DNA of 63,868 nucleotides, filler included, from Perkinsus olseni (GCA_013115125.1; 6 parts of 6 records of this genome joined end to end with filler, not necessarily neighbours in it), one strand, 5' to 3'; positions 23,222 to 34,922 are shown, counted from the whole stretch's first letter. Notes: generated by a model from the sequence alone, not told the origin. Numbers and translations: made by a program.

Positions 23222-25786
23222 GGGCCGCACACACAAGGGTGATCCTAATCACTTCGAACCACAGCTAGAGGTTTCCCCCACAAGAAATCGTTCCACATTT
23301 CTCTCCTTAGGAAAAAGATTTTAATCCTTTAAGAAAGGGCGCAAAGGATTGTGCGCCTGCGCAAGCGACGTTTTTACACGAGGTAAACCGCTCCAAAATA
23401 AACGTCGCATGTTGCTCTGCTCAGGTGTTGCTGTTGGGGAGAGTCACCGTCAGTCATATGGGAAACACAAAGCACCAGGAGTAAGTGCAAATGAAATCTA
23501 TCATTCATAGCCTCATAATGAAACGGTCAGCCGTGGCCGGCGAGCGACACAATGGTTGTCCTGGCGGGCGAGACTCACTACTGGCTAGGTACTACTGTAT
23601 GCAAGCCACACAGGCATTTGCGGCATTTCCAGATCAATTCCGTTATACGGGAGCCGAACGCATCGAACACTGCTGTTCTCAGGGCTCCACCGGTGTGGCT
23701 GAGAAGCTGTGATCGAGCGCGAACGCGAGAACGTGCCCCCCGTTCAAGTAATTCTGAAATCCAGAAGCGAATATGGAAATGACTTTTACTCACGAATTCG
23801 AGAATCGATCCTGTTATCGCCACGGGTCATTCTACGCCTGTTAAATTTCCAAACTGAAGGTTGACCGCAAGAGAAAGCTTATCACTCCGCTGCGCCCGGT
23901 CCAGCCGTTTCAAACTAAATTGTGCGCCGCCGCATCCGAAAGATTTGGGAACTTTTGTGTCGGGTCGTTATGAGTTTTTGTCAGTGACAGTAGCGTCAAA
24001 GGAGATGCTGTCACGAGTCAGTTCCCTCACTGTCAGCGGTCTCCATGTCTGAGTTTGCGAGGCCCGAGCAAGACGACGCCTCGCCATCGTCGGTGAAAGT
24101 CTCACAATCGCCCGGTAAGAGTGTCGGCCGTAGTTAATTGCTCATGTTCTCATTTGCAGGTCAGTTCGTTGAAGATGATTTGAGCTCTTGTGCGAGCACA
24201 TTGACGTCGGGGAGAAGCGATGGCATCCGAGTGAACACTTCTGATGGAAGTGGGTTCCCATAGTCGACTATCACCGACCTCCGACGATCGCTGCTTCATC
24301 GTTACAAAACTCCATCGCTTCATTTCGTACTGCGAAGATTCTGCCGCTGTATATTTCGGCCAGGTGTTGCGCCTTCTCGGAGACCTCCTCGCAGCATGGA
24401 TGGTGATTGCTTTGACAATCACGGAGGTGAGGCAAACCCCTGCACAGCGCTGGTTTCCTTTTTTCTCATCAGGTGTACCGGTTCCGAGCCATATGCGCTG
24501 TGCTCACGTGAGGAGACGTATGCACAACTTGCTTCAGTATAGCTAATCCGAGACTGCACAGATGAGGAAAGCTGAGCCAATTCTGGAGAAGATGGATCTG
24601 CTGTTCTGTTTATATTCCATTCCCTTCGTCTCACCGAAGGAAGTCGTCGAGTCGTCCCGCAATACAGTCTGCCCATTTTTGATGGCGGAGTAGCCTTTCA
24701 CCTCTGATGATATAATAGTAAAAAGCTCATCAGCTCGGTTCGAACCGGAGGCCTCGCGAATGGAAGACGTGAATGTTAGTTGCCTCGACGCTGCTGCACT
24801 ATACTTCCATTGTCTCGTCGATTCTGGTCATACTGCATGCCGTTGCTACTCGCGCGGCTGCGGTGGTAGTCTGTCTGACATTGAGAAGTCGTGTTCGGAA
24901 AAGTAGCATTGGGAAGGCGAAGCTGTCATCCCGCGACGCTCGTTGCTACTGAGAACCTCCACTGCTGAACGAATCCATGGCATGTGCCAACCAGTCGAGC
25001 AGAGCGGGGCTTTTGCCAGTCGTGCTGCTGCTGTTGAATGATGTAAAGTGACGGCTTGTGTGAGTGTAAGATTCCAATAGGATCGGGCAAGGCCATCCTT
25101 TACAAGTCTAAATCTGTTCAGTGTGTAATCCCTCAAGTGATACCAACCTACGCAAGTTTCATCACAAGCTCCTGCAGCGGTACAACTAACCCAGTATCGC
25201 TTTCGACTCACAGCTCTCAGACGTCACATTCGAATCGCATTGATCACAACGGTTTAATTAAGTCAGTAAGTTAGTAGCGGGAAAATTGGTAACGAGAATG
25301 CGGAGTTGTCATGCAACTTGCCGAGTGATCGATTGAAGCCGAGAGGTTTGCGTCGTCCTCAGATAGGAGCTCATGACGGTCACTCGACATGCACGACCAA
25401 ATCTTGCAGCCCAACTGCGGCAGTGGCTATTTACTTGAATGCACGGACTAGATGAGAAGCAATGCCGCCACGGCAATACCGTGCTTTCCTAGAATACACG
25501 GCCGATGTTGAGTTCACGCCATCAATGGGTCCTAGCGGGGAGCGCCGCCGTCGCCACGTGTAAGGATGGTCGGATGAATATCGAGTGCTGGGTGCTCGAT
25601 CATCACATAGGATGGCCTCGCATAGCCTTGGCTTGGCGTTGGGACGCGACATGTGGTCACCACTGTATGTATGAAGTGAAGTTCTTCCACGTCTCGATAA
25701 AAGCGCTGCTCACTATCAAGTTTGGTTTCAATAATCTTCATCTTGTATAGCATTTTTGCTCCCTCCAGTGGCCTTCCAGTACCATC

Positions 25787-28617
25787 ATGATTTTCTATAA
25801 GAATGACGTAGGAGTATTCAGTCTCATATTTCGGACGAGAGGATCGAATTACGCATCAGTAAGTACCTCTTTAGTCTGGAAACGACGAATCCACCCTTCG
25901 CCGTTCAGATGGCCCCATACGCAGCGATCGGACTTGGAATAGGATTCGTAAGCTCAGCAATTACGGTGATTCTACTTGCCTACCACTTGCAGGCATTCCT
26001 GTTCGCTCGAGAAAATCTGGAAGTCGTGGCCAACCAGCTCGAGCACCCCTTCGCTTTGCAAATCTACACTTACGTGACCCGCAAGGTGCATCATCTGCAG
26101 TCGAAAAGTGAATTCAGATATTCGGTTTTGTGGTGGTGTTCCGGACTAAAATGGCCTACGACCGCTACTGGGAGGCGATGACTAACTTGTCGCTGATGGT
26201 GTCTAAGTGGGGCGATGCCTTCATGCAAGTGAGTTGCCCGTTACGCTCCAATTCGCTGCCGGATTCGAAAATGGAAACTCTCTTTCTTCACTTTCGCAAA
26301 GTCGAGAATCGTCGAGTGCTTCGCAGTTAGTGGCCTTCTCGAACGCCACCATTGAAGGAGCGGATGTCGCCAGCAGACCAGCGGTAGCGGAAGACCTCTA
26401 CAAGTTCCAGAGGGAGTAAGTTACTCCGAGTAACCCGAGTGTCTCACGAGCCCGTCGTACCGAATTCGCTGTAGTTTGATTCACCTGTTCTCTCTGATGA
26501 GCGCCCTGGCCATGCGCACCCTCGCCGACCCACACAACGAGACTGCTGGCGCAGGACTTACGAAAATCTTCAGGTCATCAGTTTCGTTGCCCGCGGCCGC
26601 CGAAGTCTCAATCTTTTTTTGATCTCCTTGTGCGTAGATTTATCAAGCCCGGGGCGGAGATGCCGACAACGGAGGTGAAGTCATTGAAGAAAAGTACGCG
26701 TTATAGTTCTCGAACTCATCATAACACGAAGGTCCCAACTCCTTTCTACTAAGCCTGTTCACTCGCTCTTGCTGATGCCTGTTTACGAAGAGACATCAGA
26801 AACGGAGATTACTGCCCTTTTCTTTCGCTGGTTAGGACAAGGAAGAAACCTCTACCATTCTGGAGGGTCGACCAGCAGGAGTGTCTTGACTCAGGCGAGA
26901 ATAGAAAACCTGAAGTACAGCGTCTGCGCAACTCAGTGAAGAGCGTGGCACAGGCCTTCTCCCCTGATGGAATAATAACCAAGGTGTTTGGAGAGGAACA
27001 AAAATTCTTCGTGAGTTTCACAACCCTCGCGTTTCTCTCACAGCGATCTCGATCGACACGTGATTCGCATAGGAGTTCCTGTCGCTCACGGCACTGATCT
27101 TGTAGGTCATTGGACGACTGAGCAAGTGGGAAGAGGGACACTTGAACGGCCAAGACGACGTCTTAGTCGTGTCTCAATGGATTGTAGAACTGATGTTATC
27201 ACAGAACTTGCACGGCCGCCTCAACGTCCACGGCGCCATACAAAGCCGCGTGTACGCTTGAAGTTCACTACTCGAGCTCACGTCTCTGATACCTGAGTAC
27301 ACTCATTACGTCAAGTCGATCAGCAGGAATCTCGAATTTGCAAGCAAAAGTGAGAGTAATGAAGTTATCTCCAGAAATGAGAATGATCCTAGAAACACCA
27401 GAATGTATTCTCTTCAACCCCCGGTCATCTTGCCCTGAGGGTTTCGAGACACAGCCTGTGTCTCACATGGGTGACCGCTACCTTAATCTATGCCACCTTC
27501 CTTTCAGTGAGATTCAGCAGGTACCAAGAAATATCCAATGGCATGTTGGGTTACAACCAAGCATTGAAGATATCCAAGATACCATTCCCCTTCCCTTTTG
27601 CACAGATCATCGCCCTCATGAGCTTCGGGTTTCTCATAATTTCGCCCATCGCCATGATAACGACTACGAACTACTGGTGAGAATCGATATTCCGTCAAGC
27701 TGGACAGCATGGCAGTGGTTCTCTCTGCTTTTTTTGGTAAAAACTTAGGAGTACAATGTGATTGCAATACCACAACTACGTATGCTAGTCTTTGAGTCTC
27801 TCGGGGAGACTTTGTGGTCGCTGGAGCGGCATAGATCATCTCACCCTGCTTCACGCCGTGGACTCCACGGTCCGAAACCACGCAGTTCATCCGTGTCTGT
27901 CTCTCTTCAACCTCAGGTTCCTAGCCCCATTATTGGCCTGTGTCGGAGTCCTCGGGTAAGCGCTGATGTGAAATGACTAGCTTGACGCCACCAGCTTCAT
28001 GGCGGCATTTCAGGCATGATGGACTGAATCAAATATCGATTGAGTTGGAAGAGCCTTACGGAACAGATGCTAACGATTTGCCGATGAAAGAGATGCAATT
28101 CACCTTCGTAATTTGGCTCACGTCACCTGAGTCGCGCATCTTCCGACCGCTTGGAACCTCTGACTGCGGAGACGCACAATTTAGTATTTGAAACGTTGCA
28201 CCTCGTAGCTGTCCTAGAGCGATAGCCAAACTATCGGGACTAGTGATAGTCATGCGCACAAGAGCTTGTGGCAAGAACTGCTCGTGCTGCTTCGTCTCAT
28301 CGCTCGAACAGGGTATCTGACCGTGCCGTCTCGGCGCTCGCCAGTTGCAGAAGTTCAATATGGCCATGAGTTTCGTCGTAGGTGCACTCTCTCGAAGAGC
28401 TGCTGCGTTCGAGCGCACCAGTCCGTTCACGGGAGCCTCGAAAAAGAAGCGAATTGGCGCAAAGTAGAACTCAGGTTCCTCTTAGACCGTCGTGAACCCT
28501 ATCATCTTGACGATGGCAGGTGCTGATCTAGATTACTGCGAGGACTTTGCTGAGCAAGAGAAGGTGAAAATGGACTCGATGCCGAACAGGAGAGCGGTAC
28601 TCTCTGTAAATGTGTGA
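25787..28617 (+). CDS. Bestrophin/UPF0187-type anion channel, multi-exon; 3' end approximate
   Basis: Exons give MIFYKNDVGVFSLIFRTRGS, FVVVFRTKMAYDRYWEA, YQEISNGMLGYNQALKISKIPFPFPFAQ and GLNQISIELEEPYGTDANDLP. These match the bestrophin FR..AYDR.WE, P.PFP.. and E.P.G.D.NDLP motifs. Confidence 0.88.
26413..26434. mobile_element. Exact hAT-type excision footprint straddling a bestrophin splice donor, T=GGAGTAAC
   Basis: ggagtaa-gttactcc-gagtaac; the donor GT is at 26416. Confidence 0.8.
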
Positions 28618-29019
28618 GTTCGGGATGTACGATGATCGTATTACGATCTCGTCGTAGTGGATTCGGTGAAATAAACGAGAAGTTGAGTGTGTTTGTAGTG
28701 TACCCAGATCAGCCGTAATCGTTCGAAGTGCTGCTTCCGCAGGGGTCCACGGTCGCAAAAATTGGTTCTACTCAGATTCCTCGCCTCTCGACGTTTCGTC
28801 GCTCCCTGTGAGGCCTTTCCCGAATGGTTTACGGACGATGACCTCGAGCATTTCAACCTGGGAGATTTCCGTTATAAATTTCGGATGCATACCTTCAAGG
28901 ATCTGCCGATCATAGCGTGAGTCTGAACCGAGGATGCTGCTGAAATCTGGAATGAAGCTGTGGAACATGGCTATTATTCGGTTGGGGATATGGTGGTTTC
29001 CTAAGCGAGTATCTAAGTA

Positions 29020-29087
29020 CAGGGTGTCTGAGAATCTTTCCGCGGAAACTTTCGCGGAAATTTCGGAAATACTTTTCAGACACCCTG
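29020..29087. mobile_element. 68-bp non-autonomous hAT element (MITE) with 12-bp TIRs and an 8-bp TSD
   Basis: TIRs CAGGGTGTCTGA / TCAGACACCCTG. The direct repeat TCTAAGTA is at 29012-29019 and 29088-29095. The interior consists of CGGAAA repeats. YAGNG termini with an 8-bp TSD are the hAT hallmark. Confidence 0.88.
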
Positions 29088-29525
29088 TCTAAGTAGGAAT
29101 AGAAAGTTGGCATTAAGGATCAACACACCCGTGGGTTCTGATGTGTTATTCAACATGCCGCTGAGCTGCTAGTGAATGAGAGGAGCTTTCGCTGCCAGGT
29201 ATCGTCGTTCTCAATTCGAGTTGTACAAGAAAGCTGCGCAGAGCAGCGTTCTTCGGATCTAACTCGAGGTCAGTTCGCTCTGAGAGGATTCATCTGGGCG
29301 ACTCAATTCCAGCTCGGCTGGGCCAGCTGGGTTGAATACGTGTCCCTCATCGAGTGCGAACAAATTTAGACCGTTACCACAGAGGCCATCCCATGACTAT
29401 CATTGTGTTCGGCTGCATGTTCTCTACCTCTTGTGGCACAAGCACTTGTGTTAGCTTTGTTGCCAACAAGTTGTTGGCCATTAGGAGACGACACGCCAAT
29501 TGCAGAGCGCCTCGACCGTTGTATA

Positions 29526-29576
29526 ATTTTTTCATCCACGAGATTTTTTCATCCACGAGATTTTTTCATCCACGAG
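29526..29576. repeat. Three-copy 17-bp tandem repeat
   Basis: attttttcatccacgag x3. Confidence 0.95.
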
Positions 29577-30174
29577 TACTCTCGGAGTCCATGCAATATA
29601 ATCGAACACGGATACTCAGAAAATAGGTTCTACTTAGCGCGAGAGTTGATACAGAGAGATAGGCTGGGTACCAATGTAGCCGACACCTCGACGCATAGCG
29701 TGATGTGATGGCCTGAGATTTACCACAATGTAAGGCGTGCGCGGTACTTCCTTCGAAAACTCTTTCTGATTCTGAGATGCTGTCCGAAACTCAAGAATAA
29801 TTTGCAGAGTTTCTGAGACCGAAGATCGGAATCTGAGGGTCTGGAGCGAGATTAGGCCCCTTCCACTTGCAAGAGTTAAAACCAGTTAACAACAGTGAGA
29901 GTGCTCACTCAAGTTGAGTGACTCAGCGTTGCATTGGAGAGAAACGCCGGGCACAGTCGTACCAGACCTTGATTTATTGGAATATTTCGAGCTCACAGTT
30001 GCATCGTATTCGAGTCGTAAGCTATTCTTGAAGTACCTGTTTGCCGCGTCCATGTCTCGGATCCTTCCTCTCGTCTGCGACGGAGTGACGCAGAGCCGAG
30101 ATGCAGCCATCGATTCGTCGTATCTCTCCAAACACTCTACACGGCATAGAAAACATCTATTCTGTCTTACCATC

Positions 30175-30260
30175 GACAGTTTGGTCGAGTGGTTCAAGGC
30201 GCTAGCTTCAGGGGCCTAGGCTAGCCCGAAAGGGCACGAGTTCGAATTACGCAGCTGTTA
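30175..30260 (+). pseudogene. tRNA-Leu(CAG)-like pseudogene
   Basis: It begins GACAGTTTGGTCGAGTGG and has an anticodon stem CTAGC/GCTAG with a 13-nt loop (6 extra nt). The long variable arm is CCCGAAAGGG, and GTTCGAAT sits in a mispaired T stem. Confidence 0.7.
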
Positions 30261-30522
30261 TGATCCACACAAAATCACCTACTGATCTGGAATATCGATA
30301 CTGGCGAACTTTGTGAAGGTAATGCTCCATGCTACAGCGCGAGTCGCATTTGTACTATGCTGCTCAGAAAGAATAGTTCTTGATGTCACTGCTGAAAAGT
30401 CCATGGAATGCATGAGAACTCTGGGCCCGCATTGCTGATTCAACGAGTCAGGCTGCAAGCGCGAAGACCTGTTTTCACCCAAACGAAGCGTCTGTAGAGC
30501 GCACGCAAATGGTAGAGATTAC

Positions 30523-30595
30523 GATTTCGCGGCGTAGTGGATAAGGCGTTGGTCTTCGGAATTAAAGATTGTGGGTTCGGGTCCCTCCGAGATCG
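30523..30595 (+). tRNA. tRNA-Arg(TCG), somewhat degenerate
   Basis: 73 nt. Acceptor GATTTCG/CGAGATC; anticodon arm TTGGT-CT TCG GA-ATTAA. The T loop TTCGGGT is atypical, so it may be a pseudogene. Confidence 0.7.
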
Positions 30596-30692
30596 ACCCT
30601 GCTCTTATCGCTCTCGTCCCGTAATAGTCAAGAAGCTCACGATCACGAATTCTTGCTGAATCTTGCTGCGAAACGAAACTCACAATGGGATA

Positions 30693-30764
30693 GGGCTGAG
30701 CTGAGAATCGAACTCGGGACCTCGCGCACCCGAAGCACGAATCATACCACTAGACCACACAGCC
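30693..30764 (-). tRNA. tRNA-Pro(CGG)
   Basis: The minus strand reads GGCTGTGTGGTCTAGTGGTATGATTCGTGCTT-CGG-GTGCGCGAGGTCCCGAGTTCGATTCTCAGCTCAGCCC (72 nt). It has single mismatches in the acceptor and T stems. Confidence 0.82.
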
Positions 30765-31226
30765 AACTGTTAGTAATGTAGGTACGGCCTGATGCAGGTA
30801 AGACTCGTCCGTTCTTGCTACACCACCTTGCTTACCGTGGCAAGGTGAGGACTTCGGGACGGCGCGCCATGCATCCATCAGCAACAAGCGGGAGACTCGT
30901 TCTGTGTTCATGACCGCCATGTCGGCATTTGCGTGTGTCAAAACACACCGCCTTCCAAATACAAGTCACTACCCGGATTTGCACCGGAGTTGTCATGGCC
31001 ATAACGTGACGTCCTAACCACTAGTGGATAGCGACACGAGAAACTGTGTGGATGATACATATGCGATTTGATACCGCTCGTTCGTTCTCGCAGCCAGGTC
31101 CAAATTGTAGGGCCTTCCTCTCGCGTGTGCGCTGCAGCCTCCCTCGCAGAGTTCTCATGAACTTGCACGCCGGGCACAGTCGCACCGGGAACGCATCAGG
31201 GTCGACCAGGGGTCCTCCTGGAGCAC

Positions 31227-31307
31227 TATTCTTTGGTCGAGGGGACTAGGGCTTTAGCCCCAGACCGCTAGTCCGTAAGGACGCGAGTTCGAATCAAGCA
31301 GCTGTTA
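31227..31307 (+). pseudogene. Second, more decayed tRNA-Leu copy
   Basis: tttggtcgag...gctagtccgtaaggacgcgagttcgaatcaagcagctgtta aligns to 30175-30260. Confidence 0.6.
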
Positions 31308-31608
31308 CGATACACGCAGATCGTTAATTACTCTGAATATCGAAACTACCGACGTTTGTGGGGGTAGTGCTCCATGCTACGGGGTGGATCGCATTTCTAC
31401 TATGCTGAGTACAGAGAATTGTTCTTGATATGGCTGTTGAATAGCCCATCGAATGCATTCCAACTATGAACCCGCATTGCTGACTCAACGAGTCAGAGTA
31501 CTATTACGAAGACCTACTCTAACTCGAACGAAGCGGCTGTTGAGTATACCGTATACTATGATACGCCTAACGCTTGCGTATACTGTATACGCACGCGTTA
31601 GGTGTTGT

Positions 31609-31681
31609 GATCTCGTGGCCTACTGGATGAGGCGAAGACCTTCGGAACCAATGATTGTGGCTTCGAGTCCCAGCGAGGTTG
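31609..31681 (+). pseudogene. tRNA-Arg(TCG) pseudogene, copy 2
   Basis: Aligns to 30523-30595; the anticodon stem is disrupted. Confidence 0.7.
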
Positions 31682-31779
31682 AGCCTGGTTTGTACTGCTC
31701 TAGTTCCGCAATAGTCGAGACGCTCATGGTCATGAATTGTTGCTGAGTCTTGGTGCAAGATGAGACTCGCAGTGGGATA

Positions 31780-31851
31780 GGGCTGAGCCGAGGATCTAGT
31801 TCGGGATCTCGAGCACCCGAAGCGCGAATCATACCACTAGACCACACAGCC
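31780..31851 (-). pseudogene. tRNA-Pro(CGG) pseudogene, copy 2
   Basis: Aligns to 30693-30764; the GTTCG of the T loop is lost (reads ACTAGAT). Confidence 0.75.
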
Positions 31852-32302
31852 ACATTATTCTGTTACAGATGCGGCTTGCTGCAAGTGGGAGTCTTGCCTT
31901 CTTGCTAGTAGCAAGTTGCTAACGGCTACCGCCCTAATGAGTGGAAGGTGAGAATTTCGACACAGCGCTTCGTGTATCGATCAATCCTAAGCTGGCGACT
32001 TCTGTGTTCATGATCGCCATGTCAACATCTGCGTGTGTTTCAAATGCAGTGCACTGCCCGGATCTAAATTTGAGTTGGCACTGCCACAACGTGGGGTCCT
32101 GGCCACTAAACAATAGCGACGCCGAGCGCCACTAGTTTGCGGCATAGACAATATGATGCTGCGCCAAGATAGGAGCCCGCTGGATTCAGCAGCTGAATCC
32201 GCTTAGCAGATTGAGAAAATGGGCTTAGCTGCTTATAGTGTGAGCTTCACACCAGTTATGATCAGCCTTCACTGGGCCACCGAAGAGATCACAGTTCCAT
32301 GA

Positions 32303-32393
32303 CGGGCAGCTAGTGATCACGATCATCGTCATCGTGATCGTGACACGATGGAAGCCCCATCGTGAATCACGATTCGTGATCACTAGCTGCCCG
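32303..32393. mobile_element. 91-bp MITE-like element with perfect 20-bp terminal inverted repeats
   Basis: CGGGCAGCTAGTGATCACGA ... TCGTGATCACTAGCTGCCCG; the interior is made of ATCGTG/CACGAT repeats. Confidence 0.65.
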
Positions 32394-32806
32394 CCTCGCA
32401 CGACGGCTGCCTTTCCCGCCCATCACTCAAAATACGGCATATAACTGTTACGGCCTCGTATCTCGCTCGCCCAAAGTGGCGCAGCAGATGTGCAGATGAT
32501 TTCCGAGCGACAACTTCATTTCCGGTATCGACCCGGCGCTGTGGGAGTCTTCCAGCCCATGATTCGAAATTTTTAGTGGCCATCTTCCCATTCACGGGTC
32601 TGGAGCTGTCTCTTATGAGTCAGCCAGTGAGAATATGCCTCACAGTGATGGGGCGAGCCATTCTTTGCATATTCCATGTATCTACCCGTTAGGCAGACGG
32701 GAGTCCTGAGCGACCTCAGTGGTCATGCTAGTATCGCTAAGTGTACTGACACCCACCACATCCTGTCCCTGCATCATCTTAGCGCAGTCCCCAGGCTCCA
32801 TTCCGA

Positions 32807-33350
32807 TGTCTACCAAAAAGATCATCGTGGCAACAGCTGTTGCCATTGTGATGGCATCGAACCCGGCTACTGCCGGCGGCGGAGCTACCGCTGACGTAAG
32901 ACTCGAAGGAAGAGCCTTTCCTAGTGCACTAAATCATCTGCGTGGCACTGAATGACCCTATCATGGAGGTGCTACGCGGGAGACTTCTATGCTTTGGCAT
33001 TCTCAGGACTTCCCTGAACTCACAGCGGCGAACGCCACGTGGTGTCGTTTCACAAATAAGGATCATTCTTCGGCCAGACAAGCATTGAAGGTGTCGATTG
33101 ATACTGCCCGACAGAATCACCTGTGGACCGAATACATCACTTGCCCGAAGACCAAGAAGTATAAAACATTCAGTATCGAATTGTAAGGCACTGTGGGAAC
33201 GCAATATAAGCTTCGGCCATCAGAATTTCTCCCGATGTCAGTTTGAACGGAGGACTGTATGCATACTACAAGCATGGCCATCCGCTTTGGGAGGATACAC
33301 ACAAGAAAGCTGCTAAATACAAGATATATGATGACGACCAATCGGACGAT
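32807..33350 (+). pseudogene. Possible lineage-specific secreted protein gene, interrupted by stops
   Basis: The signal-peptide-like MSTKKIIVATAVAIVMASNPATA is followed by a GTAAGA donor. The downstream frame (TWCRFTNK...TEYITCPK) has in-frame stops. Confidence 0.3.
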
Positions 33351-34692
33351 GCTCCCAAGAGAAAATTTACCAACATGGCTTCAACCATTTGTACATGAGA
33401 TCTACTCAGTTGACCCATAGCCGGTTTCCTTCTCTCAGGGTTCTCTAGACTCTCGCGTCGCCGTGCGCCGGAAGGACCGATGATGCCTCGGCCATATTTG
33501 CACGATCCTGTCGGACATAGCTGGCCGGATGTAACACCCGTAGTTTCGAAACCTCAGCTTGTCAAGACTATTTTCTGGAACTCTTTCTTCTTCACTTTTT
33601 AGCCAGTCCCTCATGCAAAAGCCTCTGAAGACCCGCAGGAAGTTTGTTCGAGCGCGATGGACTCGCTGAAGAAGAGATTCGGCACATTTGCGAAAATGTG
33701 TAGCGAGTTCCGCGACCTGATCAGACGTGCCGAGATACCTCCAGAGCCAAGGGGTTACGATGAAGTCGGTTAAAAGAGGTGGTATGTGAGCTGCTGATTC
33801 TTTTTATAAGTTATTATCCCCCCTGTTTGCTGGATGGGTCCCACCGTTATTGATTTTATAATGAGCATGAAGATGTTACTGTCGTTATGTAGACTCACCA
33901 ACTTGTTGTGTGCTGCAGTTCTCACCGGCGGTCGGAGCCCATACCTGGCACATCGCGGATAATGATGCTGACATGCAGCAGCTAGATGCTTGATGATACG
34001 GAATACGAACCTCTTATGCATCATAGTCACTCAGCAAGACTAGCATGACTCGAAATAATCGCGCGATTAAACCGGACGACCAGGTTAAATTCGAAATTAT
34101 TTTTCGAACAGCGAAATAAAACTCCGACTACGACTTCGCTGATGCGACGGCGCCCTAGACAGTGAGAAGCGACGAAAGAGAATGAGATCGAGGCAGAGGG
34201 GCGATAACAACCCTGGATGGAGCGCCAAGGAAGGTGATCCTGGATGGAATCCCAATATACCCGACAAGGGAGGGATGGGCAGGATCGAAATAATATCGGA
34301 TCTAGAGTCCGGAGAGACTCCAAAATTCACCTGAGGATCCTGAGGCTCATCCATGAAATCAACCGACGTGCACTATGGTGAAAACAGTTGTCAGACAACC
34401 GCATACCTACTGTATACCCACCTTGGTTTTTGTGCGACTTTGTTGGTGGTACGTACGCTCGTCCCAGCGAACACCTGCGTTCCTCCTCATGCTATTGGAC
34501 ATACGTTCGTCTCATATCCTCAACGAGATGAGTTTTCTCCTACTTTGAGCCCCGTCCCGAAAAGTCCACACTGGACTGAGTTCGCGACGTGACACGAGAG
34601 GTGCACGCGTGTGCTTCGCTGTGTAGTATGCTCTCTCGAAGGGGCGGGGTTGGTGTAGTTGGGGATGGACTAGAACGCAAGTAGAGTTCTTG

Positions 34693-34792
34693 NNNNNNNN
34701 NNNNNNNNNNNNNNNNNNNNNNNNNNNNNNNNNNNNTTAATTAATTAANNNNNNNNNNNNNNNNNNNNNNNNNNNNNNNNNNNNNNNNNNNN
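34693..34792. other. Artificial contig linker
   Basis: N44-TTAATTAATTAA-N44. Confidence 0.98.
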
Positions 34793-34865
34793 ACGGGTAC
34801 GGAGCCGTACTCGTACCCGTACCGTACTTCGTACTAGACCGTACCCGTACTGTCGCCCACCTCTA
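34793..34865. mobile_element. One end of a hAT-like element, cut by the contig edge
   Basis: Dense CCGTAC/GTACGG subterminal repeats end in GCCCACCTCTA (revcomp TAGAGGTGGGC, a YAGNG terminus). Confidence 0.6.
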
Positions 34866-34922
34866 GTGGAGGGGGACAGACCGATAGGCTTTTTGTATCA
34901 TCATCACTCCCACTCGACCACA

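Noticed and set aside
30207-30213. TTCA in the tRNA-Leu loop as a UCA (Sec or opal) anticodon
   Set aside because: The stem register places CAG at positions 34-36 and the body is Leu-type, without tRNA-Sec stem lengths.
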